In this document: positions 8,293-17,915 of the stretch, one piece after another
How positions within the stretch are numbered: position 1 is the stretch's first letter
Layout: each line of letters opens with the position of its first letter
Assembly: GCA_963674965.2 (NCBI GenBank)
Contig: CAXXFL010000006.1
Span: forward strand, 896,001 to 960,000
Direction: 5' to 3'
From: a bacterium
GTDB taxonomy: Bacteria > RBG-13-61-14 > DATKZS01
DNA: 64,000 bases
The notes under the pieces: generated by a model
What the model was told of the DNA's origin: nothing
Databases searched by the model: none
What the model saw: only the letters and a program-made list of their open reading frames with translations
Made by a program: the position numbers and the translations under genes

Positions 8293-11200
8293 CTTCTGCC
8301 TACCCGTCTACTAGGACAGTCTGCAATAGGACCAATATAATTGAAGGCGATGTTAAATCCACCGTGAATCCCTGCTCCACGCTTAAGCTCAATCATAGGA
8401 AAATCTCGTGCCTGTAGTATTACCTCCTGGTGAATACCCTCAACTAGAACACGAAAACGTCCACTCTCCGGTGCCTCGGAGATGATGCGTCCATTGAATA
8501 GTTCGGGCGCACCCTTATGATCAGTCCAGACATGTTGGCGAACAACTCTACGCGAGTCACTATAATCTGTCTCACGGCTTAGCCCCTGCCACAGGTCTCG
8601 TGCAGTGCGCTCATTTCTGAGCCTCCATTGCAGAACGGCTTCTAGGTAACGTATGCGTGGGTCACCCAACGATCCTTCTACAGCTCGCAGACGTTCAACC
8701 GATTTTAGTACAATATGTAGATTCTTTTCATCATTTGGGATTGGAGCCCGCTCTTTGCAGAAAAGGTAGGACAGAGTCCAAATGAGCCACTGGCATTTGA
8801 GGAGATATCGTAAGCAGCGAGCATCGTCGCTAATGTATTCCTCATGCTCGAGCAAGAATGCGGCTGCCTGCTTTGCGCGCTCGACTTCTTCCTCATTGGG
8901 GGTTCCAGAACCAAATAGAGGTCCTCCGATATTCCGCGCATGAAGGAATAATCCGGCCCGAGACCCAGACTCTTGCAGAGCTTTAAGCGCATTCTGCTCA
9001 AGTTGTTTATTATCCAGTGTCTGGGCAACTCTAACTCTTCTGCTCTCGAATTGCTCACGTTGATCGATATCTAGAGACTCTGAGTTAACACGCTCAAGAG
9101 CATCCCATATATCAGCGATTAACTCAGCACGCGTCTTCTGGTCCCAATCAGCACCCTTAAGTAAGTCATTGGGAACCCAAATACTAATGTCGATTGCGTG
9201 GTACGTATCAGCCGCGAAAATGGCTGATTGAGCTGACTCTTTTGCAGCTAAGTAGAATTGCCAAACTTCATTAAGTTTTGCACCCTGTTTAAGAAGCTGA
9301 ACAGCCCGGAATCCATAGATCGCTGCACGCTCGACCCGCAGATTCGCACACATTCGCTTAAGACCTGGACTAGTGCTTCCATTAAATTTATCAAGCGCCA
9401 AGTCCACAACTTCTTTTGCCTCTTCAAGAATCGTTGCAGGGTCAATGTCCGAATCGTTAGATGCATCCCGGAGGTAACGCCGACGCAGTGTCGCTTCTTG
9501 TAGCATCAGACTGGGATCTTCCACACCTCTCTTAGTACGCATTTCAGTGAGAGCCCGAGCGATGGTCAAGTAACTTTGATGATATCTGATTTTATATGGA
9601 CCGTCTGGTCCCAATCGATGCACGATATCTAGGACAAACCTCCTTTCAGAGCTACCATAATATCCTGGATTCGCATAGTTGAGTAGCTGAATAGCAACTT
9701 CAGCCTCCGCCTGTGCCGTTCCTAAACGACGTGCGGAGATAAGCTCGGCCTCTAGTCGGAGTCGTGGGTGAATAAATATATCATCTTCGTCATTTGCACT
9801 CCAACGAAACAGGTCGATTCCTAAGAAAAGGTTGGCTACATCAATTAAGTTTTCACTACTACCAACCGCACGCATCAAAATATTAACAGGAACTGGGCAA
9901 CCAAGCTTGCCAGGAACCATTACATAGTCGATTGCCCGAATCGATGCATCTGACTTGCTACCCAAGAACTCTTCTATTTTTTCCTCAAGAAGCGTTTTGG
10001 GATTTAATAAACCAGCATTGATCAATGCCTGGCCAAGTTGACCAACTTGCATAGGAGTTGTGCTTTTTACCCTTCCACGGTTTCGTAGGCATTCTTCCGC
10101 GACTCTTGCCTCTCTACTTAGACCAGTGGCCAGAAGCGGACGTACTTCTGGCAATATATGATATATTGCCGGAAGCAGGTATTCTGACTCAGTAATCTGA
10201 GGTGCAATGCCCGTGAAACGCTTGAGAATTTCAGTAAGCAATTGCAGCTCTGTCTCGTCTAGTTCCGAAGGTACCTCAATCAAATATTTGCTTGCCTTAT
10301 TACCATCGACCTCGGGAGTATCAATAACTCGATAAGCGCTACCTACGACAACAACTCGACGTCCCCTGCTAAAAAGCGCACGAACAATTTCGCGGTAGCG
10401 GGAAATGGGAGCATTAGCGTCGCAGACGAACAGGGTTGCCAAAGCCCCAGCGGCTTCGGCCTCAATACAAAATTCGTCAATTTCATCGATTCCAGGAACG
10501 CGAGTAGCCCTCGGAGAAAAGAGAACAGGAAATTTTTTAGTGGCGCGAATTTCGTAAGCGAGCCTGGTTAGGCCGATGCTTTTACCTGAGCCAGACTGTC
10601 CATGAATAAGAACCGCTTCTTGGTTCGACCCCGCGTTGTTGAGTGCCTTCAGAACGCGTTCTCTAAGTAAGTCCTCAAATCTTCTTCGGATTGCAAATCC
10701 CCTGCGAATACCTTCGATAAGGCGTCGCGCATCCTCCGCATATCCATGAAAACGTCGGAACTCAAAATATTCTGACTCTGGCCCTAACGGGACGAGGGGG
10801 CCTAGCCATGTGTCATCTAGAATGGAAGCCGCTGTAGAGGTCTTTAGGCGTGTTGCTGCTGATAGGTTGAGAAGATTGTCTCCAATCGAAACCGAATCTT
10901 CGCTAATGTACCTAATCGGTGCCGTTAGGTCTATGTGATTAGTAAGTTCAAGTTCCCGCAGGGCGGTAGATAGTCGTTCTCGGACTAGCACTATCTGGCC
11001 ACTCTGATCAGCAAGTTCTCTAATGAGCTTATTTTCCATTATATCATCCTGATCGTTCCAGCCGAACCAGTAAATTTGGCCGGAACGAAATGCGCTCAGG
11101 ATTCCAGCAAGGGCATCAGTAGAAAGCCAATCGCGACCACATGCGAAGCCATCTATTACCAGCACTCCAAGTGGGGTCACAGTGTCATAAACTCTAGATA

Positions 11201-11723
11201 GGAGCGGTATTGCGTGTAATGCGGTCCTCGTTCGTAGCTCTTGAATGCTATGCGGAGGAACCTCATTACGCTGCCGCTCACCTGCTCTGCCAAAGAGATA
11301 CGTTATATGCAGCCTGCTACGTTGGCGAGGGGAGACGGGGTTGTCTTCTTTGCTAAGCACAGTCTCCACGTCACGGGCATGAGACCTAAAGATTTTGGTC
11401 AATGATGGGTTGATGGACGTTGTGAAGACGGCATTCCACAATAATGCAGCAACTGGTTCCATCCACTCTGGTATTGGCTGGCGCTCGTACAAGTCAGCAA
11501 GCCACTCGTAGAACTCTGGCGTAAATGGCGAGTCGTCAAGTAATGAAGGAAAGCCCGAAACCGCAGTTTCGGCGGAATAGCGATTGTTACGTTTTAATGC
11601 CGCTACCAGAACCGGATCAACGAGATTATTTTCTGACCAAGCGTTTTGACCGAGAAATAGAACCAGTGGTCGTCGCTCAGTGATAGCAACAACAAGATCA
11701 TCTAGGGTTCCTGTGTTATACAT
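8289..11723 (-). CDS. Large STAND-like P-loop NTPase with degenerate SIR2-like N-terminus, helical repeats and OB-fold-like C-terminus
   Basis: PLVLFLGQ, WNAVFTTSINP, ITYLFG, LVIDGF; Walker A GQSGSGKS; Walker B LFVCD; C-terminal FNIAFNYIGPIAD. Start moved to ATG 11723 after AGGAGG. Confidence 0.7.
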   Translation of the reverse strand: MYNTGTLDDLVVAITERRPLVLFLGQNAWSENNLVDPVLVAALKRNNRYSAETAVSGFPSLLDDSPFTPEFYEWLADLYERQPIPEWMEPVAALLWNAVFTTSINPSLTKIFRSHARDVETVLSKEDNPVSPRQRSRLHITYLFGRAGERQRNEVPPHSIQELRTRTALHAIPLLSRVYDTVTPLGVLVIDGFACGRDWLSTDALAGILSAFRSGQIYWFGWNDQDDIMENKLIRELADQSGQIVLVRERLSTALRELELTNHIDLTAPIRYISEDSVSIGDNLLNLSAATRLKTSTAASILDDTWLGPLVPLGPESEYFEFRRFHGYAEDARRLIEGIRRGFAIRRRFEDLLRERVLKALNNAGSNQEAVLIHGQSGSGKSIGLTRLAYEIRATKKFPVLFSPRATRVPGIDEIDEFCIEAEAAGALATLFVCDANAPISRYREIVRALFSRGRRVVVVGSAYRVIDTPEVDGNKASKYLIEVPSELDETELQLLTEILKRFTGIAPQITESEYLLPAIYHILPEVRPLLATGLSREARVAEECLRNRGRVKSTTPMQVGQLGQALINAGLLNPKTLLEEKIEEFLGSKSDASIRAIDYVMVPGKLGCPVPVNILMRAVGSSENLIDVANLFLGIDLFRWSANDEDDIFIHPRLRLEAELISARRLGTAQAEAEVAIQLLNYANPGYYGSSERRFVLDIVHRLGPDGPYKIRYHQSYLTIARALTEMRTKRGVEDPSLMLQEATLRRRYLRDASNDSDIDPATILEEAKEVVDLALDKFNGSTSPGLKRMCANLRVERAAIYGFRAVQLLKQGAKLNEVWQFYLAAKESAQSAIFAADTYHAIDISIWVPNDLLKGADWDQKTRAELIADIWDALERVNSESLDIDQREQFESRRVRVAQTLDNKQLEQNALKALQESGSRAGLFLHARNIGGPLFGSGTPNEEEVERAKQAAAFLLEHEEYISDDARCLRYLLKCQWLIWTLSYLFCKERAPIPNDEKNLHIVLKSVERLRAVEGSLGDPRIRYLEAVLQWRLRNERTARDLWQGLSRETDYSDSRRVVRQHVWTDHKGAPELFNGRIISEAPESGRFRVLVEGIHQEVILQARDFPMIELKRGAGIHGGFNIAFNYIGPIADCPSRRVGRR

Positions 11724-11965
11724 ATCTGCTGATCTTCCTCCTAATTTCCTACACGTTCGAGGCAATTGGCAAAATGCTTTATCACAACTGATCTTATCAT
11801 AATTAAAGCTTACGATCAGCCTGTATTAAGGGGAGCAAGGTAATTTGTACAATGTAAAGTTGCAGCCCCCCTAAACGAATAGAAACGGTGGTCTCTATAA
11901 AGGGAAAAATGTCCAAACAATCTCGCTCCCATTAGTAAGGCGCCCCCATCGGATGTGAAAACCAC

Positions 11966-12907
11966 CTAGCAAGCCTCGAATTTCCATCCATTATCGTCCA
12001 GGGTAATATCAGCAGAAGCAAGGAGATCATCTATGGTTCTGTCTATATTTGGAACTCCCCGCACCTGTGCAAAAAGTCTTGCAGACTTAACAAACAGTTT
12101 CAACATCTCTTTATAGTGGTCACCGACTGGCGTGTCCTTTAAGCCGTTGTAAAAATGAATTGCCAGTCTGAAAAGTTCATTCACATTTGAGACATCATTA
12201 TCTTCTACTAGCCAGTATGCGGGCCAAAGTATTTCATACAACTCTCCACTATTGACTGGTGACACATACTTCTTGTGTTCATCGTCTAATAAATCTGCAA
12301 AAGTTCCATCGCATATAATTCTGGGGCCTTTGAGTCCGGAACTTTCCAGTTTGACTGCATTGACAACACCGTTACCAAGAATGTTTGTTACAACGCCGAT
12401 TTCCGAGTTCACAACAGCATTCTGCCGAAAAGTATCAAAATCACCAAAGGTAACTCCACCTCGGAATAATATGGGAAATACGTTCATGTGATCTTGTTCG
12501 ACGTGAGCCTTCATCTTTCCATCTTTTGGTTTAAGCTTGAATACAGGAAACTCTGTGTTGTAAGGAGAGGCTGGGTCAGGAGCATCTCTCCATAATTCAG
12601 AGGGCAGTAAAAAGCAACTTACCAGGAAATTGGACAGTTGTCTCAGAAACAGGTCCGCATCGGTGGCGGTGATGAAAATGGAATCACTGCAAGGAATGAA
12701 GATATTGAAGCTATTCATCAAATTACTTTCCGCCCGCTCTTTGAGTTCATCATTTGGATATGAGTCTGGAGGATGGGATTCAAAATCTTGCAGTTTTGTC
12801 TTAACTATAAGCTGATAGGACAACAATAGGTTAGCCGCAGACGCAAAGTCCGCACGGCAAAAATAGCTGAAGCCCAAGAGGTCTAGAAATGCTATGATTC
12901 CATTCAT
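11966..12907 (-). CDS. Class III nucleotidyl-cyclase-like protein
   Basis: IAFLDLLGFS, CSDSIFI, LFRGGVTFG, GNGVVNAVKLES..GPRII pattern. Confidence 0.55.
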   Translation of the reverse strand: MNGIIAFLDLLGFSYFCRADFASAANLLLSYQLIVKTKLQDFESHPPDSYPNDELKERAESNLMNSFNIFIPCSDSIFITATDADLFLRQLSNFLVSCFLLPSELWRDAPDPASPYNTEFPVFKLKPKDGKMKAHVEQDHMNVFPILFRGGVTFGDFDTFRQNAVVNSEIGVVTNILGNGVVNAVKLESSGLKGPRIICDGTFADLLDDEHKKYVSPVNSGELYEILWPAYWLVEDNDVSNVNELFRLAIHFYNGLKDTPVGDHYKEMLKLFVKSARLFAQVRGVPNIDRTIDDLLASADITLDDNGWKFEAC

Positions 12908-13554
12908 CTGGATACCTCATCTTTTCGATGAATCAAAGTTCCGAGCTCCATTGCCGTGTCAACACCCAACTCCGTCAGGGAAGAGTTGGCGGGATGGTCG
13001 AAGGTGTGGACGGGCTTGCTCCAGGCGATGGCTTGGCGGGCGAGGTCCTGGGTTTTGCTGCCGGGCTGTGCGTGGACGATGAAGATGGTGGCGGCCAGGG
13101 CGGCGACGAAAAGGTTGCGGCGTTCGGCAAGGGCGGCGGTGGTTCGGTTCTGGCCGGGTGAGAAGGGAGAGAGGATCAGGAGTCGGCCCTGGTCGAGGGG
13201 GGTCTTCCACTCCTTGGGGATGCGCATGGTGTCGATGCTCCGGGCCGGGCAGATCACGATTGGCTGCTTGCCCTTCAGGAGGATGCCCAGGCAATCCTTC
13301 TCCATGGGAGAGTGGAACCCGCCGATCACCGGCACGCCCTGGTCCCGAAGCTCGGTCGCCAGGTCGTAGGTTTTCAGGATCAAATCTCCGGGGCACTTGA
13401 CCGAAGAGAACAGCGCAAGAGTTGGCCGCTCAAGGATGTCCATGTTACCGATGGCTGTGACTGTTTCCGGTGCCTCATATTTAAGGTGAGCCACCAGCGA
13501 CGGTGGGTATCGGGCATTTCCCTTGTCTACGGTCTGTAGTTCACGGCTAGCCAT
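12904..13554 (-). CDS. DprA/Smf-like SLOG domain protein (short form)
   Basis: YPPSL..AIGNMDIL..LALFSS, GGFHSPMEK, AERRNLFVAALA..AQPGSKT. Confidence 0.85.
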   Translation of the reverse strand: MASRELQTVDKGNARYPPSLVAHLKYEAPETVTAIGNMDILERPTLALFSSVKCPGDLILKTYDLATELRDQGVPVIGGFHSPMEKDCLGILLKGKQPIVICPARSIDTMRIPKEWKTPLDQGRLLILSPFSPGQNRTTAALAERRNLFVAALAATIFIVHAQPGSKTQDLARQAIAWSKPVHTFDHPANSSLTELGVDTAMELGTLIHRKDEVSR

Positions 13555-14537
13555 TACCCACGCAATCCTTTTTCTGTGTTCTTTAACAGGTCACGCCAAT
13601 TGTCGTCTTCTATTGCCCCAACAGTTCGGGCCGTTATGATCGCAAACCGGACTATCTCTCCTCGCTGCGGCTGCTCGCCTTTGAACCAGGTTTCGTGGCT
13701 GTGATACACATCGCCTTGCAGGGTCAATAACTTCTCGTAGGCTTGCCTGGCACCGGGAGCCTTAAGCAGCATCCGTTCAGTGATTACTTCTGTGTAATGC
13801 TGGGCGAGGCCCTCGATGACTTCTTTGTCGCTATCAAAGAAGTCACCATCTTCCCAGCTGGCACCGTCGATGTCACGCCCGACGTGGGTGTAGCCGTGGG
13901 CCAGTTCGTGGATAAGGACCACGATGGTCATGTCTTCGATTCTTAGGTCGAGCATGGCCGCAACCATCGCTATGGGCATCCAGTAAAGCTCGACCCATGA
14001 AGACCTGGCCAAGTATTTATATCTGTACATTCCGAGGATGTCCTCCACAAAGGACTTGAACTCATCCTCGATCTGTAGCTTAAGTATCTTCTGCTGGAGG
14101 GCGTTCGTAATCTCAAGGGTCTTTTCGATGCTGGGTTTGCCGTTCCGGGCCTCTTCGGGCAGGTGGGGCCAGCGCTCCACTCGGTCCCAGTCTTCGAGCA
14201 GAAACTCCAACCCCTCGATAATCCCGCCAAGCTTTGGCTGGCCCACAATCAAACGCCACAGAACCGGGTCGTGGGACTCCGCAATCAACTCAGCCAGCGG
14301 CCTGGGGAAACCTTCGACGATTTTTACGGGGATGGAAAAGCGGCTGTCGCCTTCGGACAGCTTTAACCCGGTCTCGCTCCGAATATGTTCACGCACTGCC
14401 AGGTTCCATTGCTTAAAGGATCGCATCACTCTGTCCTTAGAGTCCTTGGGGATCAGGGGGCGAATGATCTCCTCGGCTGCCTTGGAGAGCGCCTGGTCTA
14501 TGGCTGGGTGTTCCTGGTTCACGACCGTACTCCTCAA
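13554..14537 (-). CDS. HExxH zinc metallopeptidase-like protein
   Basis: VLIHELAHGYTH followed by IEGLAQ third-ligand motif. Confidence 0.65.
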   Translation of the reverse strand: MRSTVVNQEHPAIDQALSKAAEEIIRPLIPKDSKDRVMRSFKQWNLAVREHIRSETGLKLSEGDSRFSIPVKIVEGFPRPLAELIAESHDPVLWRLIVGQPKLGGIIEGLEFLLEDWDRVERWPHLPEEARNGKPSIEKTLEITNALQQKILKLQIEDEFKSFVEDILGMYRYKYLARSSWVELYWMPIAMVAAMLDLRIEDMTIVVLIHELAHGYTHVGRDIDGASWEDGDFFDSDKEVIEGLAQHYTEVITERMLLKAPGARQAYEKLLTLQGDVYHSHETWFKGEQPQRGEIVRFAIITARTVGAIEDDNWRDLLKNTEKGLRG

Positions 14538-17500
14538 TCCGTACTCTCGTCCTCAGTCAGGTCCTGGCCCATCCGGAACTTGATGTCGTAGTTAATAATG
14601 AAGTCGAGTTGTTGTTCGTTGAATCCATAATGCTCAGCGAGCAGGCGGTCTATATCATCAATAATGTCCTTAGATTTTGAGCCGAAATACTCGGCATAAG
14701 TGATAACATCACCACTTTGCAGGTTGATGCTCTGTCGCTCTGACTTCGATTCGAGGTCGTCCATTAACTTCTTACCCAAGTTCGACAAGTTTTTATCATT
14801 CGCTATGGCTTCAGTAATTGGAAAAGAAGAAACCAGTGTGTCACTAAGGTGGAAGCAATCCCCGTATGTAATGAAATAAAGGTAGAACAGAGTGCTGTTG
14901 AGTAAAGAACAGACAGCATATGCTATTTGGTCGTCACTGAAGAAAACATATCTACCATGAGCCGGAGCACCGACCTCTTCGTTCTTTGCATAGTACGGCA
15001 AACCATAGGTTGCCTTAACCCAATACTGCGTCGCTTCCTGGTAAAACAGGAGATGTTCTGTTTCGTATTTGTCAATATAAAATTTGATCGGAGTGTTGCT
15101 GCTCATCTTGCAGAGGGACAAGGTTTCATCGTGGGTTACTGTTGCAATCTTAGGGAATACTTCAGAGATAATCTGTTCATTTACTACATTTGAATAGTGG
15201 ATTAAGTCGAATAAGAGGCCACGATTACTACTATTCCACCTTTGGTATTTCGAGTTGTAAACTTTTGGTTTATTGGCTTGCTGCTTCTTCAACAAGAAAA
15301 TTACACTCCTGCAATGTTGTAGGCCGTTGAACAATTTTCCAGGCCTATCATCGAATGGTATTAGGTGGAGTACAGAGCTATTCTCAAGAATGACTTTCCT
15401 TACTGCTGTCATCCTGGATGAGCTTGCCATAGGAAGCTGAACAATATAGCTCATCCTGCCGAAGTCTGAAGAAAGTTCTAGGCTCCGCTCTGTGAAAATC
15501 CCATGCAAATTTCCACAGGATTCCGTGGAATACCCACAGACTGAATACATTTTTCTAACCGAGCTATATTTTTTCCAGGGAGGATTGCCTATAACAACGT
15601 CAAATCCTCCACCACTCATAATTCCGTAAAATTCGACCAGCCAATGGAAAGGTTGGTGTGATTCATGCCATTGCTTGTATTTCCTGGGCTTGCCTGGGTC
15701 CTCTCCATAATCAATGGCAAGATAGCGGTCCAGTTCATCCCGGAGCTCATCGAGTCGTTTACGAAGGTCCTCCTTGGCGTTTCGAAAATCCTTGGCCTTC
15801 ATGCCCTGCTTGGTTTGCATTTCCCGGAATCTTCGGAATGCCAGGGAAGACATTTCCGCCTTTTCCTTGATACGGTCCCAGGAATCATCGAAGTCAAAGG
15901 AGCCGCTTCCCTTGACGGCCTTTTCCACGTCTTCAACGGTTGCGAAACCGACCAGGGAATTTCCGGCCCTGATGTTGAAGTCGATGTCGGGCAGGGGCTC
16001 GATCTGGTCCGCCGACTCCAGTTGAGACACGAGCTTGAGGAAGAGGCGGAGTTTGCAGATTTCCACGGCCTCGGCCATGATGTCCACGCCATAGAGGTTG
16101 TTCACCACAATGGACTTGAAGACAAAGTAGTGCTCGTTGGGATGGCCATCGACCTCGGCCAGTATCTTCTCGAAGTCCTCGAACTTCTTGCTGTTCTTGG
16201 GCTTCTCCTCGATGAACCTCCTCATCCGCTCCAGGCAGGCCACATAGAGCGGCTCCAGGATGTTGAGAGCCGCGAAAAGGAACGCCCCTGACCCGCAAGC
16301 CGGGTCGAGCACGGTGATGCCCTGGCGGAATTTTTTATTGGTCCCTGTCTCTGAAAGCTGGCCATGAATTGTTACCCAAAAGGCCCGAAGCAGTTCCGGT
16401 CCTTCGCAGTTTTCGATCACGTCCTGGGCGAACTGCTGGATGTCGAGGTTATAGGTGATAAGGTCGTTGATGGAACTGATCTCTCCCGCCTCCATCTTGG
16501 CCTTTACTTCCTGGTAGCGTTGTCTTCTGGCCACTACCTCCCGCCATATCTCGGTAGGAAGAGCTGCCTCTTCCGGGGCTTGCGCGTTCCAGACCTTTCT
16601 TCTTTCGATGAGGTTGGGCTTGGTGGTGTCCAGGCCGTCCTCGATCTCGGGCGGATAGGGGACCTCCTCATCGAGGGGGCAGTCGTTTCGATAGTCCCAG
16701 GTGACGCCATGGCGCACGGCCTTGTAGATGTAGCGGTCCGGGTCGTTTTTTAGGAGACTCCAGACAGCTCCCTTTTCGTCAAAGGCAATGTTGCATTCCT
16801 TCTTGGCCTGGTCGAAGAGGAAGGGGATCACGGTGTTCCTGGAGATGTAGCCGGTGATGTCCTCCTTGGTGTAGTAGGCTCCCATCTGTTTCTGGTTGAT
16901 GTACTTCTCGAAGATGTAGCCGAGCACGTCCGGGTTTATCTCGTTGTCCGCCCGGAGGGGCCGCTCGTCGAGGTGCCAGTTGTATTCGTCGAAGAAGTTG
17001 AATATCTCTTCGAAGGCCTCGTCCGGTATTTTGATCTTGGGGTTCTCGATTTCGAGTTCGTGAACGTCGAAGAGTCCGCCGTTGAGATATGGCACCTTGC
17101 CCAGGAGCTTGGCCAGTTCGGGCTTCCGCTCAGCCTCGGGCAGACCCAGTCCCTCGTGGAAGAGGCGGAGCAGGAAAAGGCGGTAGAAGTCATGATACTT
17201 TCCCTTGATGCCCTCCTCCTGCATCATCTTGAGGCGGTTGCGGAGATAGTCGGTGTCATTGTCCAGGAATCCCTTCTTCTGGACGAAGTAGATGAACATC
17301 ATCCGGTTCAACATGAGGGAGGCGTACCATTCCTGGTCGGCCCGGTCCTTGATGCCCTTGATGAAGGTCAGGAATTTTTTATGCTCCTGCTTGAAGCGGT
17401 CGTAGAATTTCTTGGTGACCTTTTCCAGGTCAAAGGCGGCACGGGCGCGACTGGTCACCGTGAAGATGTCAAGAAGGTCTTCCTCGCCCAGGGCGAACTC

Positions 17501-17908
17501 CAGGCGCTCCAGGCGTTGGATGAGGTTCTCGGCGGTCCCGCCCTTGTAGTATGAGTGCTCCCTGGAGGCGGCTGGCTTGCCCGGTTCACGTCTGACCCAC
17601 TGCCAGGTCTGGACGGTCTGGTCTGCATCCACATAGATGATGATGTGCTCGTAATGAATCTTGCCGACACGATGATCCAGCTTCTTCCTGATCTTGTATT
17701 CCGGGACCTTTCCATCCGGGCCGGGTTCGCACACGTAGACGACCATGCCCCTCTTGTCGGCCACGGCGTTCAGGATGTATTCCTGGCCGTCGAGTTGGAT
17801 ATCAAGCGGTCTCTGATCGCACTTGTCCCAGCCGAGTTCACCGACCAGGGCTCCCTTGAGGTCGAAGTCCCTAATCTTTTGTCGAAGTCTTTCCCTGTCT
17901 ACCGCCAT
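14534..17908 (-). CDS. N6-adenine DNA methyltransferase with C-terminal specificity region (Eco57I/type IIG-like)
   Basis: YLNGGLF, GAYYT, motif I VLDPACGSGAF, LYGVDI, motif IV IGNPPW. Start moved to MAVDRERL at 17908. Confidence 0.9.
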   Translation of the reverse strand: MAVDRERLRQKIRDFDLKGALVGELGWDKCDQRPLDIQLDGQEYILNAVADKRGMVVYVCEPGPDGKVPEYKIRKKLDHRVGKIHYEHIIIYVDADQTVQTWQWVRREPGKPAASREHSYYKGGTAENLIQRLERLEFALGEEDLLDIFTVTSRARAAFDLEKVTKKFYDRFKQEHKKFLTFIKGIKDRADQEWYASLMLNRMMFIYFVQKKGFLDNDTDYLRNRLKMMQEEGIKGKYHDFYRLFLLRLFHEGLGLPEAERKPELAKLLGKVPYLNGGLFDVHELEIENPKIKIPDEAFEEIFNFFDEYNWHLDERPLRADNEINPDVLGYIFEKYINQKQMGAYYTKEDITGYISRNTVIPFLFDQAKKECNIAFDEKGAVWSLLKNDPDRYIYKAVRHGVTWDYRNDCPLDEEVPYPPEIEDGLDTTKPNLIERRKVWNAQAPEEAALPTEIWREVVARRQRYQEVKAKMEAGEISSINDLITYNLDIQQFAQDVIENCEGPELLRAFWVTIHGQLSETGTNKKFRQGITVLDPACGSGAFLFAALNILEPLYVACLERMRRFIEEKPKNSKKFEDFEKILAEVDGHPNEHYFVFKSIVVNNLYGVDIMAEAVEICKLRLFLKLVSQLESADQIEPLPDIDFNIRAGNSLVGFATVEDVEKAVKGSGSFDFDDSWDRIKEKAEMSSLAFRRFREMQTKQGMKAKDFRNAKEDLRKRLDELRDELDRYLAIDYGEDPGKPRKYKQWHESHQPFHWLVEFYGIMSGGGFDVVIGNPPWKKYSSVRKMYSVCGYSTESCGNLHGIFTERSLELSSDFGRMSYIVQLPMASSSRMTAVRKVILENSSVLHLIPFDDRPGKLFNGLQHCRSVIFLLKKQQANKPKVYNSKYQRWNSSNRGLLFDLIHYSNVVNEQIISEVFPKIATVTHDETLSLCKMSSNTPIKFYIDKYETEHLLFYQEATQYWVKATYGLPYYAKNEEVGAPAHGRYVFFSDDQIAYAVCSLLNSTLFYLYFITYGDCFHLSDTLVSSFPITEAIANDKNLSNLGKKLMDDLESKSERQSINLQSGDVITYAEYFGSKSKDIIDDIDRLLAEHYGFNEQQLDFIINYDIKFRMGQDLTEDESTD

Positions 17909-17915
17909 TAGTGCC

